Positions 8,101-17,050 of a stretch of 32,000 bases of DNA are shown one piece after another. The position numbers and the translations under genes were made by a program. The notes beneath the pieces were generated by a model that saw only the letters and a list, made by a program, of their open reading frames with translations, was not told where the DNA came from and made no database searches. This DNA is from Aeropyrum pernix K1 (GTDB lineage Archaea > Thermoproteota > Thermoprotei_A > Sulfolobales > Acidilobaceae), in contig NC_000854.2 in the NCBI RefSeq assembly GCF_000011125.1, forward strand, positions 90,001-122,000, written 5' to 3'. How positions within the stretch are numbered: position 1 is the first letter of the stretch; each line of letters begins with the position of its first letter.

Positions 8101-8682
8101 CTACTCTAGAAGCCTCCATCCCCCCTCCTTTGCATCATAATAGACTGTACCCTTCTTACGGAGGAGTAGGAAAAGCCTACCGTATTCTCCCAGCCTCGAT
8201 GCAGCTTCTTCAGGATCGCTAGTGGAGATCTCTCTGAGCATGCCCCTAAATCTGGTATAGCTCTCCGGCGTCAAAACAGCTACGTCACCTCCTGCATCCA
8301 AGATTATGAGTCCAGTGCTCCTGGCCAAGCTTATGAGGGCTGCGGGGCTAAGCCCCGTCTTGGTCCTGGATTCGCTGACAAGGATGTAACCCTCCCTTTC
8401 AATGGCATCCAAAACCCTATCTTCCAGACCGCCGCCGCGCCGGGGCAATCCGCCCCTCTTCTCGCTAGATTTAAGCAGCCTGAGTATGGCTTTTAGGAGG
8501 CCTTCAACCTCGTCAAGCCTCTTTTCAATCCTAGATAGCCTTTCACCTATATCCGTGAGCTGCCTCCTAAGCTCCTCGTCAAGAGGGCCTGCCCTAACCT
8601 CTGGGTCGCCCGGGTGGATATAGTCGTCTATCCTACGCCTCCTCATCCACAGGATAGCACCTCGCGTGGTCTCCATAAACAA
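8101..8682 (-). CDS. Hypothetical soluble protein with a central coiled-coil
   Basis: The long ORF has normal codon structure. It contains a heptad-like segment (LRRQLTDIGERLSRIEKRLDEVEGLLKAILRLLK) and a Gly/Arg linker (KRGGLPRRGGG). I do not recognise a family. Confidence 0.4.
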   Translation of the reverse strand: MFMETTRGAILWMRRRRIDDYIHPGDPEVRAGPLDEELRRQLTDIGERLSRIEKRLDEVEGLLKAILRLLKSSEKRGGLPRRGGGLEDRVLDAIEREGYILVSESRTKTGLSPAALISLARSTGLIILDAGGDVAVLTPESYTRFRGMLREISTSDPEEAASRLGEYGRLFLLLRKKGTVYYDAKEGGWRLLE

Positions 8683-8806
8683 GGTTCTACAGCGACCTTA
8701 ATACAGTGTCCTTTCAAAGCCTCTATGGCCAGCCGCTGGCGGTAGACATAGCCACATACTCCACCATCTCTACTAAAGTACTCTCGGCTGACGCATCCTT
8801 ATCCCC

Positions 8807-9163
8807 TTGGAGAAACTCTTTTCAGATGTGGAAGGGTGGGGACGAGGATTGGCTATGTTCTATATCAGGAGGGTTGAGACGCCTGAGGGTCTTGTGATGG
8901 TTCTGGTTACGGATGAGGATGTGATGGAGAGGGCTGTTTACGATGAGGAGAGGGGCGTTAGAATAATAGTTAGCAGGAGCTTCTACGGAGGTAGTCTAGG
9001 CACCGAGGCGGATGCTATTAAGACTATAGAGAAGGCCGACATAATCGTCCTTACAGGGGAGAAGAGCGTGTCCATAGGTGTTAGAATGGGCCTCGTAAAT
9101 CCCGACAGCGTGCTCGAGGTTAAGGGTATAAAGCAGGTTCAAGTCTTCAAATTCTCATACTAA
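8807..9163 (+). CDS. DUF424-family small protein
   Basis: MFYIRRVETPEGLVMVLVTDEDVMERAVYDEE...IIVSRSFYGG matches my memory of the archaeal DUF424 pattern (a beta-rich N-terminus and the FYGG motif). The likely true start is the ATG at 8855 (102 aa). Confidence 0.5.
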   Translation: MEKLFSDVEGWGRGLAMFYIRRVETPEGLVMVLVTDEDVMERAVYDEERGVRIIVSRSFYGGSLGTEADAIKTIEKADIIVLTGEKSVSIGVRMGLVNPDSVLEVKGIKQVQVFKFSY

Positions 9164-9283
9164 ACTATCTCTGACTATGTTAACAGGTAATAATGTTTAG
9201 CCGCACGGCGATTGGGGCGCGAATTTAGCTTCCCCTATTTAAGCTGTGGCTACTAGCTTGGTGGTTACAATGGGTAGGCTATC

Positions 9284-10084
9284 TTGCCGGATATCGCTGT
9301 TCTCGTTAAGGCTAGTCTCAACCCAGACATGGCCCGGATAGGGCCTGACGATAGTGTAGATCTCAACTCCATACCCCTCAAGATTTCTGATATTGATAGA
9401 AACGCTGTTGAAGAGGCTGTTAAGCTGAAGGAGAAGCTTGGCGGTAAGCTATATGCAGTCTCCGTCCTAACATGGGGGCCTGTGAAGCTTAGGAATAAGG
9501 ACCTGAGGCTGGCAGTCCAGGAGGCCCTGGCTAAGGGTGTTGACGAGGCTATAGTAGTTGCTGACGATGAATTAACTCCAGGCGACCAGACTACAACAGC
9601 CAAAGCTATCAAAGCAGCGCTGGAAAAGCATGGGGTGAAGCCCGAGCTAATACTGGCAGGAGAGGCTACCATAGACGAGGTTACAAGCCAGGTCCCTGGC
9701 AGGCTGGCCTCCCTACTAGGATATAAGTATCTGAGCTTCGTGAGAAAGTTAGACGTCGACAACGGCAGGATAATCGCAGAAAGAGATCTGGAAGACTATA
9801 TCGAGGTCGTGGAGGCAAGTCTCCCCGCCGTAGTGAGTGTGACCCAGGAGATAAACGAGCCAAGGCCTCCAACACTCCTGCAGATAAGGAGGGCCGCAAG
9901 GAAACCGGTAAAGGAGTATAGCGCTTCTGAGCTTGAGAATGTAGGGAAACCTGTGAGGCGTATAGTACAGATTAGGGGAGTCCAGGTTAAGAGGAAGCAG
10001 CAAATAATTGAGGGCGATAATCTTGAAGAGATCGCGGAGAAGCTGATTGAAGCGTTAGCCAGAGAAGGTGTTCTAAAGCTCTAG
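9284..10084 (+). CDS. etfB: Electron transfer flavoprotein, beta subunit
   Basis: IAVLVKASLNPD...IPLKISDIDRNAVEEAVKLKEK...ILAGEATIDEVTSQVPGRLASLLG is a typical EtfB layout. It has a TTG start and lies immediately upstream of etfA. Confidence 0.85.
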   Translation: MPDIAVLVKASLNPDMARIGPDDSVDLNSIPLKISDIDRNAVEEAVKLKEKLGGKLYAVSVLTWGPVKLRNKDLRLAVQEALAKGVDEAIVVADDELTPGDQTTTAKAIKAALEKHGVKPELILAGEATIDEVTSQVPGRLASLLGYKYLSFVRKLDVDNGRIIAERDLEDYIEVVEASLPAVVSVTQEINEPRPPTLLQIRRAARKPVKEYSASELENVGKPVRRIVQIRGVQVKRKQQIIEGDNLEEIAEKLIEALAREGVLKL

Positions 10085-10103
10085 AGATAGGGGGTGGAGT
10101 AGC

Positions 10104-11030
10104 GTGAAGGTCTTGGCCGTTGCGTACGATCCACGGGACTTTGGCGAGCTTGCTACAGGTGTAAGGGATAGCCTTGGCGACGCCGAGCTGGTTTTCCTTG
10201 CAGTCCACAAGGCAGCCGAAGAGCCGGGCAAGGCTTCGGGATACTCAGAAAAGGTCTTTGTATCGAGGACCTCCAGCCCTGAGAGCATAGCACTCCTCCT
10301 AGAGAAGCTGATTTCAGAGGAGAAGCCTGACATCATAGTTGGAGAGGCTTATAAGAATCTTCGTGACGCCCTTTCCAGGGTCGCTGGCAAACTCGACCTC
10401 CCTATGGCAACCGATGTGTCTTCCTTTAGTGTGGAGAATGGGAAAGTGAAGTTCAGGAAGGGATTTCTAAGCGAGAAGGCCGTCATGGAGGCTGAGATAC
10501 CAAAGCCAGCTGTCATACTTTTCCTAACGCGGTTCACTAAACCCAAGGAGATTAGTCCTGAAAGTCAGGCTAGGATCGTTGAACTAGAACCTCCTCAGGG
10601 TGAGACGAAGGTAGTTGAAACAAGGCCCAAAGAGATGGGAGGCGCGAACCTAGAGGAGGCTGAAATAATAGTGGGAGTCGGTAGGGGCTTCAAGTCTAAG
10701 GAGGACCTGAAGCTAGCCTTCGAGCTTGCGGAGCTTCTAAACGCACAGATAGGCTGTACAAGGCCCATAGCGGCAGATCTAAAGTGGTTATCTGAGGATC
10801 ACTGGATAGGCATAAGCGGTAAGAGGGTGGCTCCCAAACTCTATCTAGCAATAGGAATAAGCGGGAGTCCCCAGCACATGTCTGGAGTGCAGAACGCCAA
10901 GATTATCGTAGCTGTTAACAAGGATAAGAACGCTCCAATATTTAAGCAGGCGGACTATGGGGTTGTCGCCGACCTTTACCAGTTTATACCAGTTCTCATC
11001 AAGAAGCTTAGAGAGAGAAAGAGTAACTAG
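10104..11030 (+). CDS. etfA: Electron transfer flavoprotein, alpha subunit
   Basis: The C-terminal FAD-binding region is IIVGVGRGF...GCTRPIAADLKWLSEDHWIGISGKRVAPKLYLAIGISGSPQHMSGV...IVAVNKDKNAPIF. Confidence 0.9.
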   Translation: MKVLAVAYDPRDFGELATGVRDSLGDAELVFLAVHKAAEEPGKASGYSEKVFVSRTSSPESIALLLEKLISEEKPDIIVGEAYKNLRDALSRVAGKLDLPMATDVSSFSVENGKVKFRKGFLSEKAVMEAEIPKPAVILFLTRFTKPKEISPESQARIVELEPPQGETKVVETRPKEMGGANLEEAEIIVGVGRGFKSKEDLKLAFELAELLNAQIGCTRPIAADLKWLSEDHWIGISGKRVAPKLYLAIGISGSPQHMSGVQNAKIIVAVNKDKNAPIFKQADYGVVADLYQFIPVLIKKLRERKSN

Positions 11031-11116
11031 GCAGGAGGCACAGCGGCGAACTAACCCTAAATCCGCAGGGTCGGATCAACAGCTTTTCACCGTTTTATAA
11101 TCTTGGGCGTTAGAGG

Positions 11117-12256
11117 GTGTGTAATGTGGCAGAACTCTTCATTCCAGACGAGCCTATTATCGAGGTGACGGCTGTCCTTAGCGCTATTCTAATCCTAGTT
11201 TTAGTCCTCCCTTTCAAGGTTAGGATTGTAGAGGAGAACCTTGAAGCATTCTTCTTCATTATGGGTCTTCTGGGTGTTGCAACGATTTACTACTACGGTA
11301 TACTGCCTACACCGGACTCACTCATAGGCCTATTCATAAAGGCGTTCAAGACCCCCTTGGCTATTGCCCATGTTGGTCCCATACCCATAGGGATAGTTCA
11401 GGCCGTCGTATTCTTCGGTCTTGTCTTCTACTTCTTCCACAAGCACATATACTCTATCCTGGCCTCCACGATGGAAAAAGTCGGCATACCAGTCTTCGCC
11501 TTCATATTAACATTCCTGCTAGGCCTCATATCAAGCGTTATCTCGGTAATAGTTACAGCTGTGATACTAGCCGAAATAGCAGCAGCTCTTAACATCTCAA
11601 GAGAGCGTAAGGTGAAGTACGTTGTCTACGCCTCTTTCGCCGTAGGCATTGGCGCGGCCCTCACACCCCTCGGAGAACCCCTATCCACTATAGCAATCTC
11701 CAAGCTCAACGCTCACTTCACCTACCTCATAGACATACTTGGTGTCTATATAGTTCCCGGAATAGCCGTCTCGGCAGTAGCCGCCGCCTACAGTCTCCGG
11801 GGGGAGGTGTATAGGGAGGGGCTAGTCAAGTTTGTCTACGAGGAGAGCATAAACGAAATCCTCCTCAGAGGATTCAGGGTCTTCCTCTTCGTTGCTGCGC
11901 TAGAGCTTCTGGGAGCCTCCTTCACCCCCATGGTAAAATGGTATTTCGCACAGCTTCCCTCATGGGCTCTCTACTGGATAAACACTATTTCAGCTGTTGT
12001 TGACAACGCCACCCTAACAGCAGCTGAGATGGGACCGTTCCTCACGGAGGAGCAGATAAGGAGCGCCTTAATGTCTCTCCTCATATCAGGCGGTATGCTC
12101 ATACCCGGCAACATACCCAATATAGTCGCCGCTGGCAGGCTCAGAATAACTATGAACGAGTGGGCAAGGGTCGGTGTACCGTTCGGGATAGCGCTCCTTC
12201 TGGCCTACTTTATCGTGATAGAGGTCCTAGACATACACATAACCCTAAGTTTTTGA
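11117..12256 (+). CDS. Polytopic membrane protein, putative cation transporter (DUF1646-like)
   Basis: It has about 10-11 TM helices. Its size and layout resemble the archaeal predicted cation transporter family, DUF1646 as I recall it. A TATA-like GTTTTATAATC lies about 25 nt upstream of the GTG, consistent with a leaderless mRNA. Confidence 0.4.
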   Translation: MCNVAELFIPDEPIIEVTAVLSAILILVLVLPFKVRIVEENLEAFFFIMGLLGVATIYYYGILPTPDSLIGLFIKAFKTPLAIAHVGPIPIGIVQAVVFFGLVFYFFHKHIYSILASTMEKVGIPVFAFILTFLLGLISSVISVIVTAVILAEIAAALNISRERKVKYVVYASFAVGIGAALTPLGEPLSTIAISKLNAHFTYLIDILGVYIVPGIAVSAVAAAYSLRGEVYREGLVKFVYEESINEILLRGFRVFLFVAALELLGASFTPMVKWYFAQLPSWALYWINTISAVVDNATLTAAEMGPFLTEEQIRSALMSLLISGGMLIPGNIPNIVAAGRLRITMNEWARVGVPFGIALLLAYFIVIEVLDIHITLSF

Positions 12257-12284
12257 CGCTGCCCCACTAGATTCCACACTAACC

Positions 12285-12293
12285 TTATATAAA
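12285..12293 (+). promoter_or_regulatory. TATA-box-like element (TTATATAAA) upstream of ggt
   Basis: An A/T octamer matching the archaeal TATA consensus, in the 105-bp intergenic region before ggt. Confidence 0.4.
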
Positions 12294-12306
12294 GCGTGCG
12301 AAGAAC

Positions 12307-12320
12307 TTAATGTACATTAA
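12307..12320. promoter_or_regulatory. Perfect 14-bp palindrome TTAATGTACATTAA (candidate operator)
   Basis: Read directly from the sequence. It starts 14 nt downstream of the TATA-like element, roughly where transcription would start. Confidence 0.4.
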
Positions 12321-12361
12321 ACCATGTAGCATGTAGTTAAATCAAGTTTAACGGAATCTTA

Positions 12362-13879
12362 TTGCTGTGGTGCATAGGTGTGGCTAAGGCTTCGGCGGAA
12401 TCATTGGGAGGTACGGTCGCTAGCGAGGAGTCTATCGCCAGCTATATAGGAGCGGGGATCCTATCGTCTGGGGGCAACGCTGTGGACGCTGCTGTAGCAA
12501 CCTCATTAGCATTGACAGTGCTCATTCCCCACCTCGGAGGCGTGGGTGGCGACTTCTTCATGCTATACCGTTCACCCGAGGGGAGGGTGTTCTTCGTGAA
12601 CGGAAGCGGCTTCGCGCCTAGGAGGCTCACGAGGGAGGAAGTGCTTGGAAGGGGCCTGCAGGAGATACCGGAGTCAGGCCCCCTATCACCAACAACCCCG
12701 GGTTATCTCGCGGGGCTATACCACTCGTGGAGGAGCTTCGGCACAATGGAGTGGGCTAGCCTTGTAAAGCCGGCTAGACTACTAGCATCTAGAGGCTTCC
12801 CTCTACCCCCCTCAACCGCCAGATCGCTGAAGCTCAGGAGGGAGTGTTTAGAGGCGGATCCTGGGAGTAGGGAGGCAGTGCTTAAGACGCTTCCCCGCGA
12901 GGAGGGCTCTCCAGCCCGCCTCCCAGGCCTTGCCGCCCTACTGTCAGGGGTTGAGGAGGACCCCCTATACCTGTACCAGGGCGAGCCTGCGGAGGCGCTG
13001 GAGGAGTACCTAGCGTCGATAGGTGGCGTGATGGGGGCTGAGGACCTGGCTGGGACCCGTGGGTTCACAGCAGAGCCTCTCTACTCTGAATACCGGGGCT
13101 GGAAGGTGTGGGAGATGCCCCCGAACACCCAAGGCGTCACAACCCTTCACCTTCTAATGCTCCTTGAGGAGGAGGAGCTCCCGGAGCCGTTCTCCCCAGA
13201 GAGGGTTGATATCCTGGCTGGCCTTGCTAGGATGGCTTATTCTATCCGCGACAGGTATGTAGGTGATCCCAGGTACATGCCTATAGACCCGCATGAGCTC
13301 GCGCGCAAGGAGACGCTTCTGAAGTTGCTTGGCCAAGAAGAGTCCAATGGCAGTAAGGCCACGGGGGACACTACCTTCTTCGCAGTTGCCGACAGGGAGG
13401 GTGGGATTGTGGCAGGCATACAGAGCCTATTCTACCCGTGGGGGAGCTGCGTGACGGAACCCAGGTTCCAGGTGACGCTGAACAACAGGGCTAGGGGGTT
13501 TACACTAAAAGAGGGGCTTCCCAGCACGCTGAGGCCAGGTGCCTTCCCCCTTCACACTCTCTCCTCGGTAATCATGGAGCAGAGGGAGAGAGTTATAGCT
13601 CTGGGAGCTAGTGGAGGCCACCTAAGGCCACAGCAGCACGCCCTCTTCGTCACCAACATAGTAGACTATGGCATGAACGTGTTGGACGCTATAAACGCCC
13701 CTCGAGCCGTCTGGGACCCCGGCAGGGGCGAGATTCTATGTGAGGAAGGCTTCGGCTGCCGCCCAAGCTGGAGGAAGGTGGAGCGGATAGGCGTAGCGAA
13801 CGCCGTCGAAGTAGCTGGAAGTGTCAAGAGGGGCTATACAGATATGAGGGGGGACGGCCTACCAGCAGTGGCCCCCTAG
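12362..13879 (+). CDS. ggt: Gamma-glutamyltranspeptidase (Ntn hydrolase)
   Basis: It has N-terminal GAGILSSGGNAVDAAVA, the autoprocessing/nucleophile Thr context KATGDTTFFAVADREGG, and C-terminal LGASGGHLRPQQ. The start is uncertain (TTG 12362 or GTG a few codons in). Confidence 0.85.
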   Translation: MLWCIGVAKASAESLGGTVASEESIASYIGAGILSSGGNAVDAAVATSLALTVLIPHLGGVGGDFFMLYRSPEGRVFFVNGSGFAPRRLTREEVLGRGLQEIPESGPLSPTTPGYLAGLYHSWRSFGTMEWASLVKPARLLASRGFPLPPSTARSLKLRRECLEADPGSREAVLKTLPREEGSPARLPGLAALLSGVEEDPLYLYQGEPAEALEEYLASIGGVMGAEDLAGTRGFTAEPLYSEYRGWKVWEMPPNTQGVTTLHLLMLLEEEELPEPFSPERVDILAGLARMAYSIRDRYVGDPRYMPIDPHELARKETLLKLLGQEESNGSKATGDTTFFAVADREGGIVAGIQSLFYPWGSCVTEPRFQVTLNNRARGFTLKEGLPSTLRPGAFPLHTLSSVIMEQRERVIALGASGGHLRPQQHALFVTNIVDYGMNVLDAINAPRAVWDPGRGEILCEEGFGCRPSWRKVERIGVANAVEVAGSVKRGYTDMRGDGLPAVAP

Positions 13880-13960
13880 CAGCCAACCCCTATTACCTCC
13901 TACGCCATACATTTACCACGCGGTATCAAGTTTGATGCTGCATGTTGGGGTGATCGGAGT

Positions 13961-14827
13961 TTGGCAAAAGTTTTAGAACACATCCTACTACCCCTGGATC
14001 TATCGGAGGTCTCTAAGCCGCTGGCCATTTCTGTAGCCGAGCTAGCGTCTAGACACAAATCCAGGGTAACCCTACTCCATGTAATCGAAGAGGCTATGGT
14101 TATACATGTCGCAGCCGGTTACGACGTCTCGAGCCTCATACGCTCTATCGAGAAGAATGCGAGGGAGAAGCTGGATAAGATCAAGAAACTTATGATGGAG
14201 AAGGGAGCAAATGTTGTAGTGTACGAGGACATACCTGTTGGCAACCCGGGGACCGTGATTAGTGAGGTAGCGGAGGAGGTAGGTGCCACGGAGATCGTTA
14301 TGGGTAGTAAAGGACTCGGAATCTTCAGAATACTCCCCCTGGGCTCGACGGTGAGAGAGACGGTAAAGATTTCTAGAAAACCTGTGATAAGACTTAAGAC
14401 ATATAAGGAGAATGGTCATGTAAAAGTGGCCTACAGCCCTATGCTCTTCAGGAAGATTCTGGTCGGTGCCGACAGAAACACCTCAAAATCTATGATAGAC
14501 TATGCGGTGAACGCCGCTTCAACGGACGATGGAAAGGTTATACTCGCACACATAATAGAACCCCCCCTCGAGGAGCCTAGCTACGAGGTCAAAAACGTTT
14601 TCAAATACGGGGAGAAGGCGGGTGAAGAGAGGGGTGTCGAGGTGGAGATAGTAGTAGCCCGGGGGAGGCCGGATAAAATGCTCACTGCAATAGCCTCACA
14701 GATGGATGCGAGCAGCGTGCTAGTCGGTAGGACTGTGGAGAGGAGGCTTAGCGAGCTCATCCTCGGTTCAACTTTAGACAGATTAATGACCCTGTGCGAG
14801 CTACCGCTAATCGTATACCCACTTTGA
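13961..14827 (+). CDS. Universal stress protein with tandem USP domains
   Basis: There are two USP repeats. Each begins with the ILxPxD / ILVGAD motif (ILLPLDLSEVS; ILVGADRNTSKS) and ends with the G-x2-G-x9-GS-like nucleotide motif (MGSKGLGIFRILPLGST; VGRTVERRLSELILGST). Confidence 0.8.
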   Translation: MAKVLEHILLPLDLSEVSKPLAISVAELASRHKSRVTLLHVIEEAMVIHVAAGYDVSSLIRSIEKNAREKLDKIKKLMMEKGANVVVYEDIPVGNPGTVISEVAEEVGATEIVMGSKGLGIFRILPLGSTVRETVKISRKPVIRLKTYKENGHVKVAYSPMLFRKILVGADRNTSKSMIDYAVNAASTDDGKVILAHIIEPPLEEPSYEVKNVFKYGEKAGEERGVEVEIVVARGRPDKMLTAIASQMDASSVLVGRTVERRLSELILGSTLDRLMTLCELPLIVYPL

Positions 14828-14875
14828 CAGCCAGCTGTACCCCACGCCGAGAACAACCCCACCTCCTATGCTGAG

Positions 14876-16090
14876 GTGGAGGAGCCTGTGGTGGAAAAGG
14901 TCTTGGCCACCGGCGTTGGCGCTGCCAAAGCAGCCAGGGGGTCAAGCATAATATATAGGAAGTGGGTAAGGGGTACTGGGGGTCTTATAAGCGGCGATCT
15001 AGTCGAGGTTATTGACAGGAACGGTAGTGAAATAGCCTGCGGCCTTTGGGAGGAAAACACGCCTGTCGCCGTGAGGATAATTCATTGGGGCAAGTGTCTC
15101 GAGAGATCCCCGGAGGAGGCCTTAGAGCGGGCGCTTGAGGCAGCCTACAAGGCTAGGGTTAGAAGCAAATGGGCCGTTGAGTTCGATAGCTACAGGCTCA
15201 TCAACAGTGATGGAGACAGGCTCTCAGGGCTTATAGCTGATGTGTATAAGGACGTTGCAGTGGTCCAATCCAGCAGCCCAGCTATAGACAGACACATCAG
15301 CTACATATCACAAGCTATACGAAAGTTCACAGGAGTTACCCACGTGTATGAGAAGAGTGTCCAAAGAAGCAGGCTCGACATAGGCTTGGAGCCCAGGAGG
15401 AGGTGGCTGATGGGCAGGAGGAAGGAGGTAGTTATCGAGGAGGGGCAAGCCAGGTTCATCGTGGACGTTGAGAGAGGCCAGAAAACCGGGTTCTTCCTAG
15501 ACCAGAGGGTAAACAGGCTAGAGCTTGCTAGAGTAGCGGGCCCAGGCGACTCGGTTTTAGACGTGTTCTCCTACACGGGAGGTTTCGGTATTCACGCGCT
15601 CCTCTCCGGCGCTTCCAAGGCTGTATTCATCGAGGAGGACGCGCACGCCGTTAAACTTCTCCGCAAAAACCTTAGACTCAACGGAATTCAAGAGAATAAA
15701 GCGCTAATACTCAACACTAGCATATGGAAGGCTATACAGGCAGGAGAGCCCAGAGAGTCCTTCGATATAGTGACTGTCGACCCGCCCGCCTTCATCCAGA
15801 AGCCTGGACAAGAGGCTAAGAAGAGGGGTTTTAGGGCATACAAGTCCTCCTACCTTTTCGCCCTTGAGCGGGCCGCAGGAAACAGTATCGTGTATCTAAG
15901 CAGCTGCAGCTACTTCCTGTCCAGGGAAGAGTTCATAACTCTCGTTACTGAAGTCGCATCCGCGCTCGAAAAAGAATATAGGATCCTAGGGGACGTTAGA
16001 GGAGCCTCGCCAGACCATGTCTACCGAGGGGAAGAGTATCTTAGCTACCTGAAGGGAGCGTTTATACATATAGATCCTAGTGTGACTTAA
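14876..16090 (+). CDS. PUA-domain class I SAM-dependent RNA methyltransferase (RlmI/COG1092-like)
   Basis: It has an N-terminal PUA-like region (GDLVEVIDRNGSEIACG), then QKTGFFLDQR, the SAM motif I VLDVFSYTGGFG, and the motif IV VTVDPPAF. Confidence 0.8.
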   Translation: MEEPVVEKVLATGVGAAKAARGSSIIYRKWVRGTGGLISGDLVEVIDRNGSEIACGLWEENTPVAVRIIHWGKCLERSPEEALERALEAAYKARVRSKWAVEFDSYRLINSDGDRLSGLIADVYKDVAVVQSSSPAIDRHISYISQAIRKFTGVTHVYEKSVQRSRLDIGLEPRRRWLMGRRKEVVIEEGQARFIVDVERGQKTGFFLDQRVNRLELARVAGPGDSVLDVFSYTGGFGIHALLSGASKAVFIEEDAHAVKLLRKNLRLNGIQENKALILNTSIWKAIQAGEPRESFDIVTVDPPAFIQKPGQEAKKRGFRAYKSSYLFALERAAGNSIVYLSSCSYFLSREEFITLVTEVASALEKEYRILGDVRGASPDHVYRGEEYLSYLKGAFIHIDPSVT

Positions 16091-16214
16091 CTATGGAGGG
16101 CGGTTGATGAGGTGTGGGTGAGCTGCAACCGGATATTCCGACTCGAGACGGTGGGGTTAGAGGATGGCGCCGAGACCGCCCAGGTAACGATAGTTATATA
16201 GTTTTGCTGTAATC

Positions 16215-16222
16215 TTTATATA
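16215..16222 (+). promoter_or_regulatory. TATA-box-like element (TTTATATA) upstream of the DtxR-like gene
   Basis: A consensus-like archaeal TATA in the AT-rich half of the 230-bp intergenic region. Confidence 0.4.
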
Positions 16223-16244
16223 CTCGGTCGTTTCTAAATGTTAC

Positions 16245-16259
16245 AATCAATGTTTGATT
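16245..16259. promoter_or_regulatory. Inverted repeat AATCAA-TGT-TTGATT (candidate operator)
   Basis: It has perfect 6-bp arms and a 3-bp spacer. It begins 23 nt downstream of the TATA-like element, at the expected transcription start. Confidence 0.4.
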
Positions 16260-16320
16260 ATATTTAACCCATCCAAATACCTGAAGAGTAATGACAGAAA
16301 AAGGATAAGGTGTCGTTCCT

Positions 16321-16863
16321 ATGAGTCGAGGAAGGGCGGACACCGCAGGGGACTGCAGTAAGAATGGCAGAAGGTCGCGAATCCTGCATTATCTAATGGC
16401 AATCTACCTTCTTAACGGCCTTCCTGGGGGCGAGTATGCAAGATTCATTAAGATAGCAAGGCTTCTGGATGTGTCCCCCTCAACAGTAAGCATAATGACG
16501 AGGAGGTTGCAGATGAAAGGGCTTGTGGAACTTATCCCCAACATGGGGGTTAGACTTACGGAGCAAGGCCTAAAGATTCTTTCAAACTACCTCTGGAAAT
16601 CTGCTATACTAGAGGTACTTCTAGCTAGGGCAGGCGTCGATATCGATAATTGCAGGGGTATGGGCCTAAGAATGGCAGAAGGTCTTTCCGACGAGGATGC
16701 ATGGATCCTGTATAAGGTTCTAGGAGAGCCTAAATATTGCCCGCATAAGAAGCCGATAATACCTCCGGACGAGATTAACGCGGAGAACGCTCGCCAAATA
16801 GCATTATGCTGTGGAATTAGCATTCTACAGATTCCAAACAACCGTCTACAGCCGCCTAGCTAG
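16321..16863 (+). CDS. DtxR/MntR-family transcriptional regulator (divergent)
   Basis: The N-terminal wHTH is HYLMAIYLL...ARLLDVSPSTVSIMTRRLQMKGLVE. The dimerisation helix is KSAILEVLL, and the conserved LGEPKYCPHKKPI segment is present. See the finding on degenerate metal ligands. Confidence 0.7.
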   Translation: MSRGRADTAGDCSKNGRRSRILHYLMAIYLLNGLPGGEYARFIKIARLLDVSPSTVSIMTRRLQMKGLVELIPNMGVRLTEQGLKILSNYLWKSAILEVLLARAGVDIDNCRGMGLRMAEGLSDEDAWILYKVLGEPKYCPHKKPIIPPDEINAENARQIALCCGISILQIPNNRLQPPS

Positions 16864-17008
16864 CATATCCTCCTAGGAGTTTAGAGTTTTGCGTTAAGTC
16901 GTAGTTCTGCGTAGAAGCCCTTATAGATGAGGGGCGGGATCCGACACTAGCTCCCAGCCGACCGGAATTAGCCGGAAAAAGCATAATTAGTACTGAGCTT
17001 ATCGTGAA

Positions 17009-17034
17009 TTGGATAATAAATTTGGATAATAAAT
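17009..17034. repeat. Perfect tandem duplication of a 13-mer (TTGGATAATAAAT x2)
   Basis: Read directly from the sequence: 17009-17021 equals 17022-17034. It lies 17 nt beyond the cdvB stop codon, in the cdvB 3' flank. Confidence 0.9.
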
Positions 17035-17050
17035 AAGGGAGTGGAGTAAG

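Noticed and set aside
8706-8897. A 63-aa ORF in the spacer upstream of the DUF424 gene.
   Set aside because: It has no recognisable motif, overlaps the DUF424 gene out of frame, and has a composition typical of a spurious ORF.
16104-16170. Possible C/D-box sRNA: a UGAUGA at 16105-16110 in the spacer after the methyltransferase gene.
   Set aside because: There is no CUGA D box at the expected 50-65 nt distance, no C' box and no terminal complementary stem. Only a degenerate CUGC is present.
16925-16995. Possible C/D-box sRNA: AGAUGA at about 16926 and CUGA at 16992-16995, roughly 60 nt apart.
   Set aside because: The C box deviates from RUGAUGA. The flanks (TTAT / GCTT) are not complementary, and no C' box lies 12 nt upstream of the D box.
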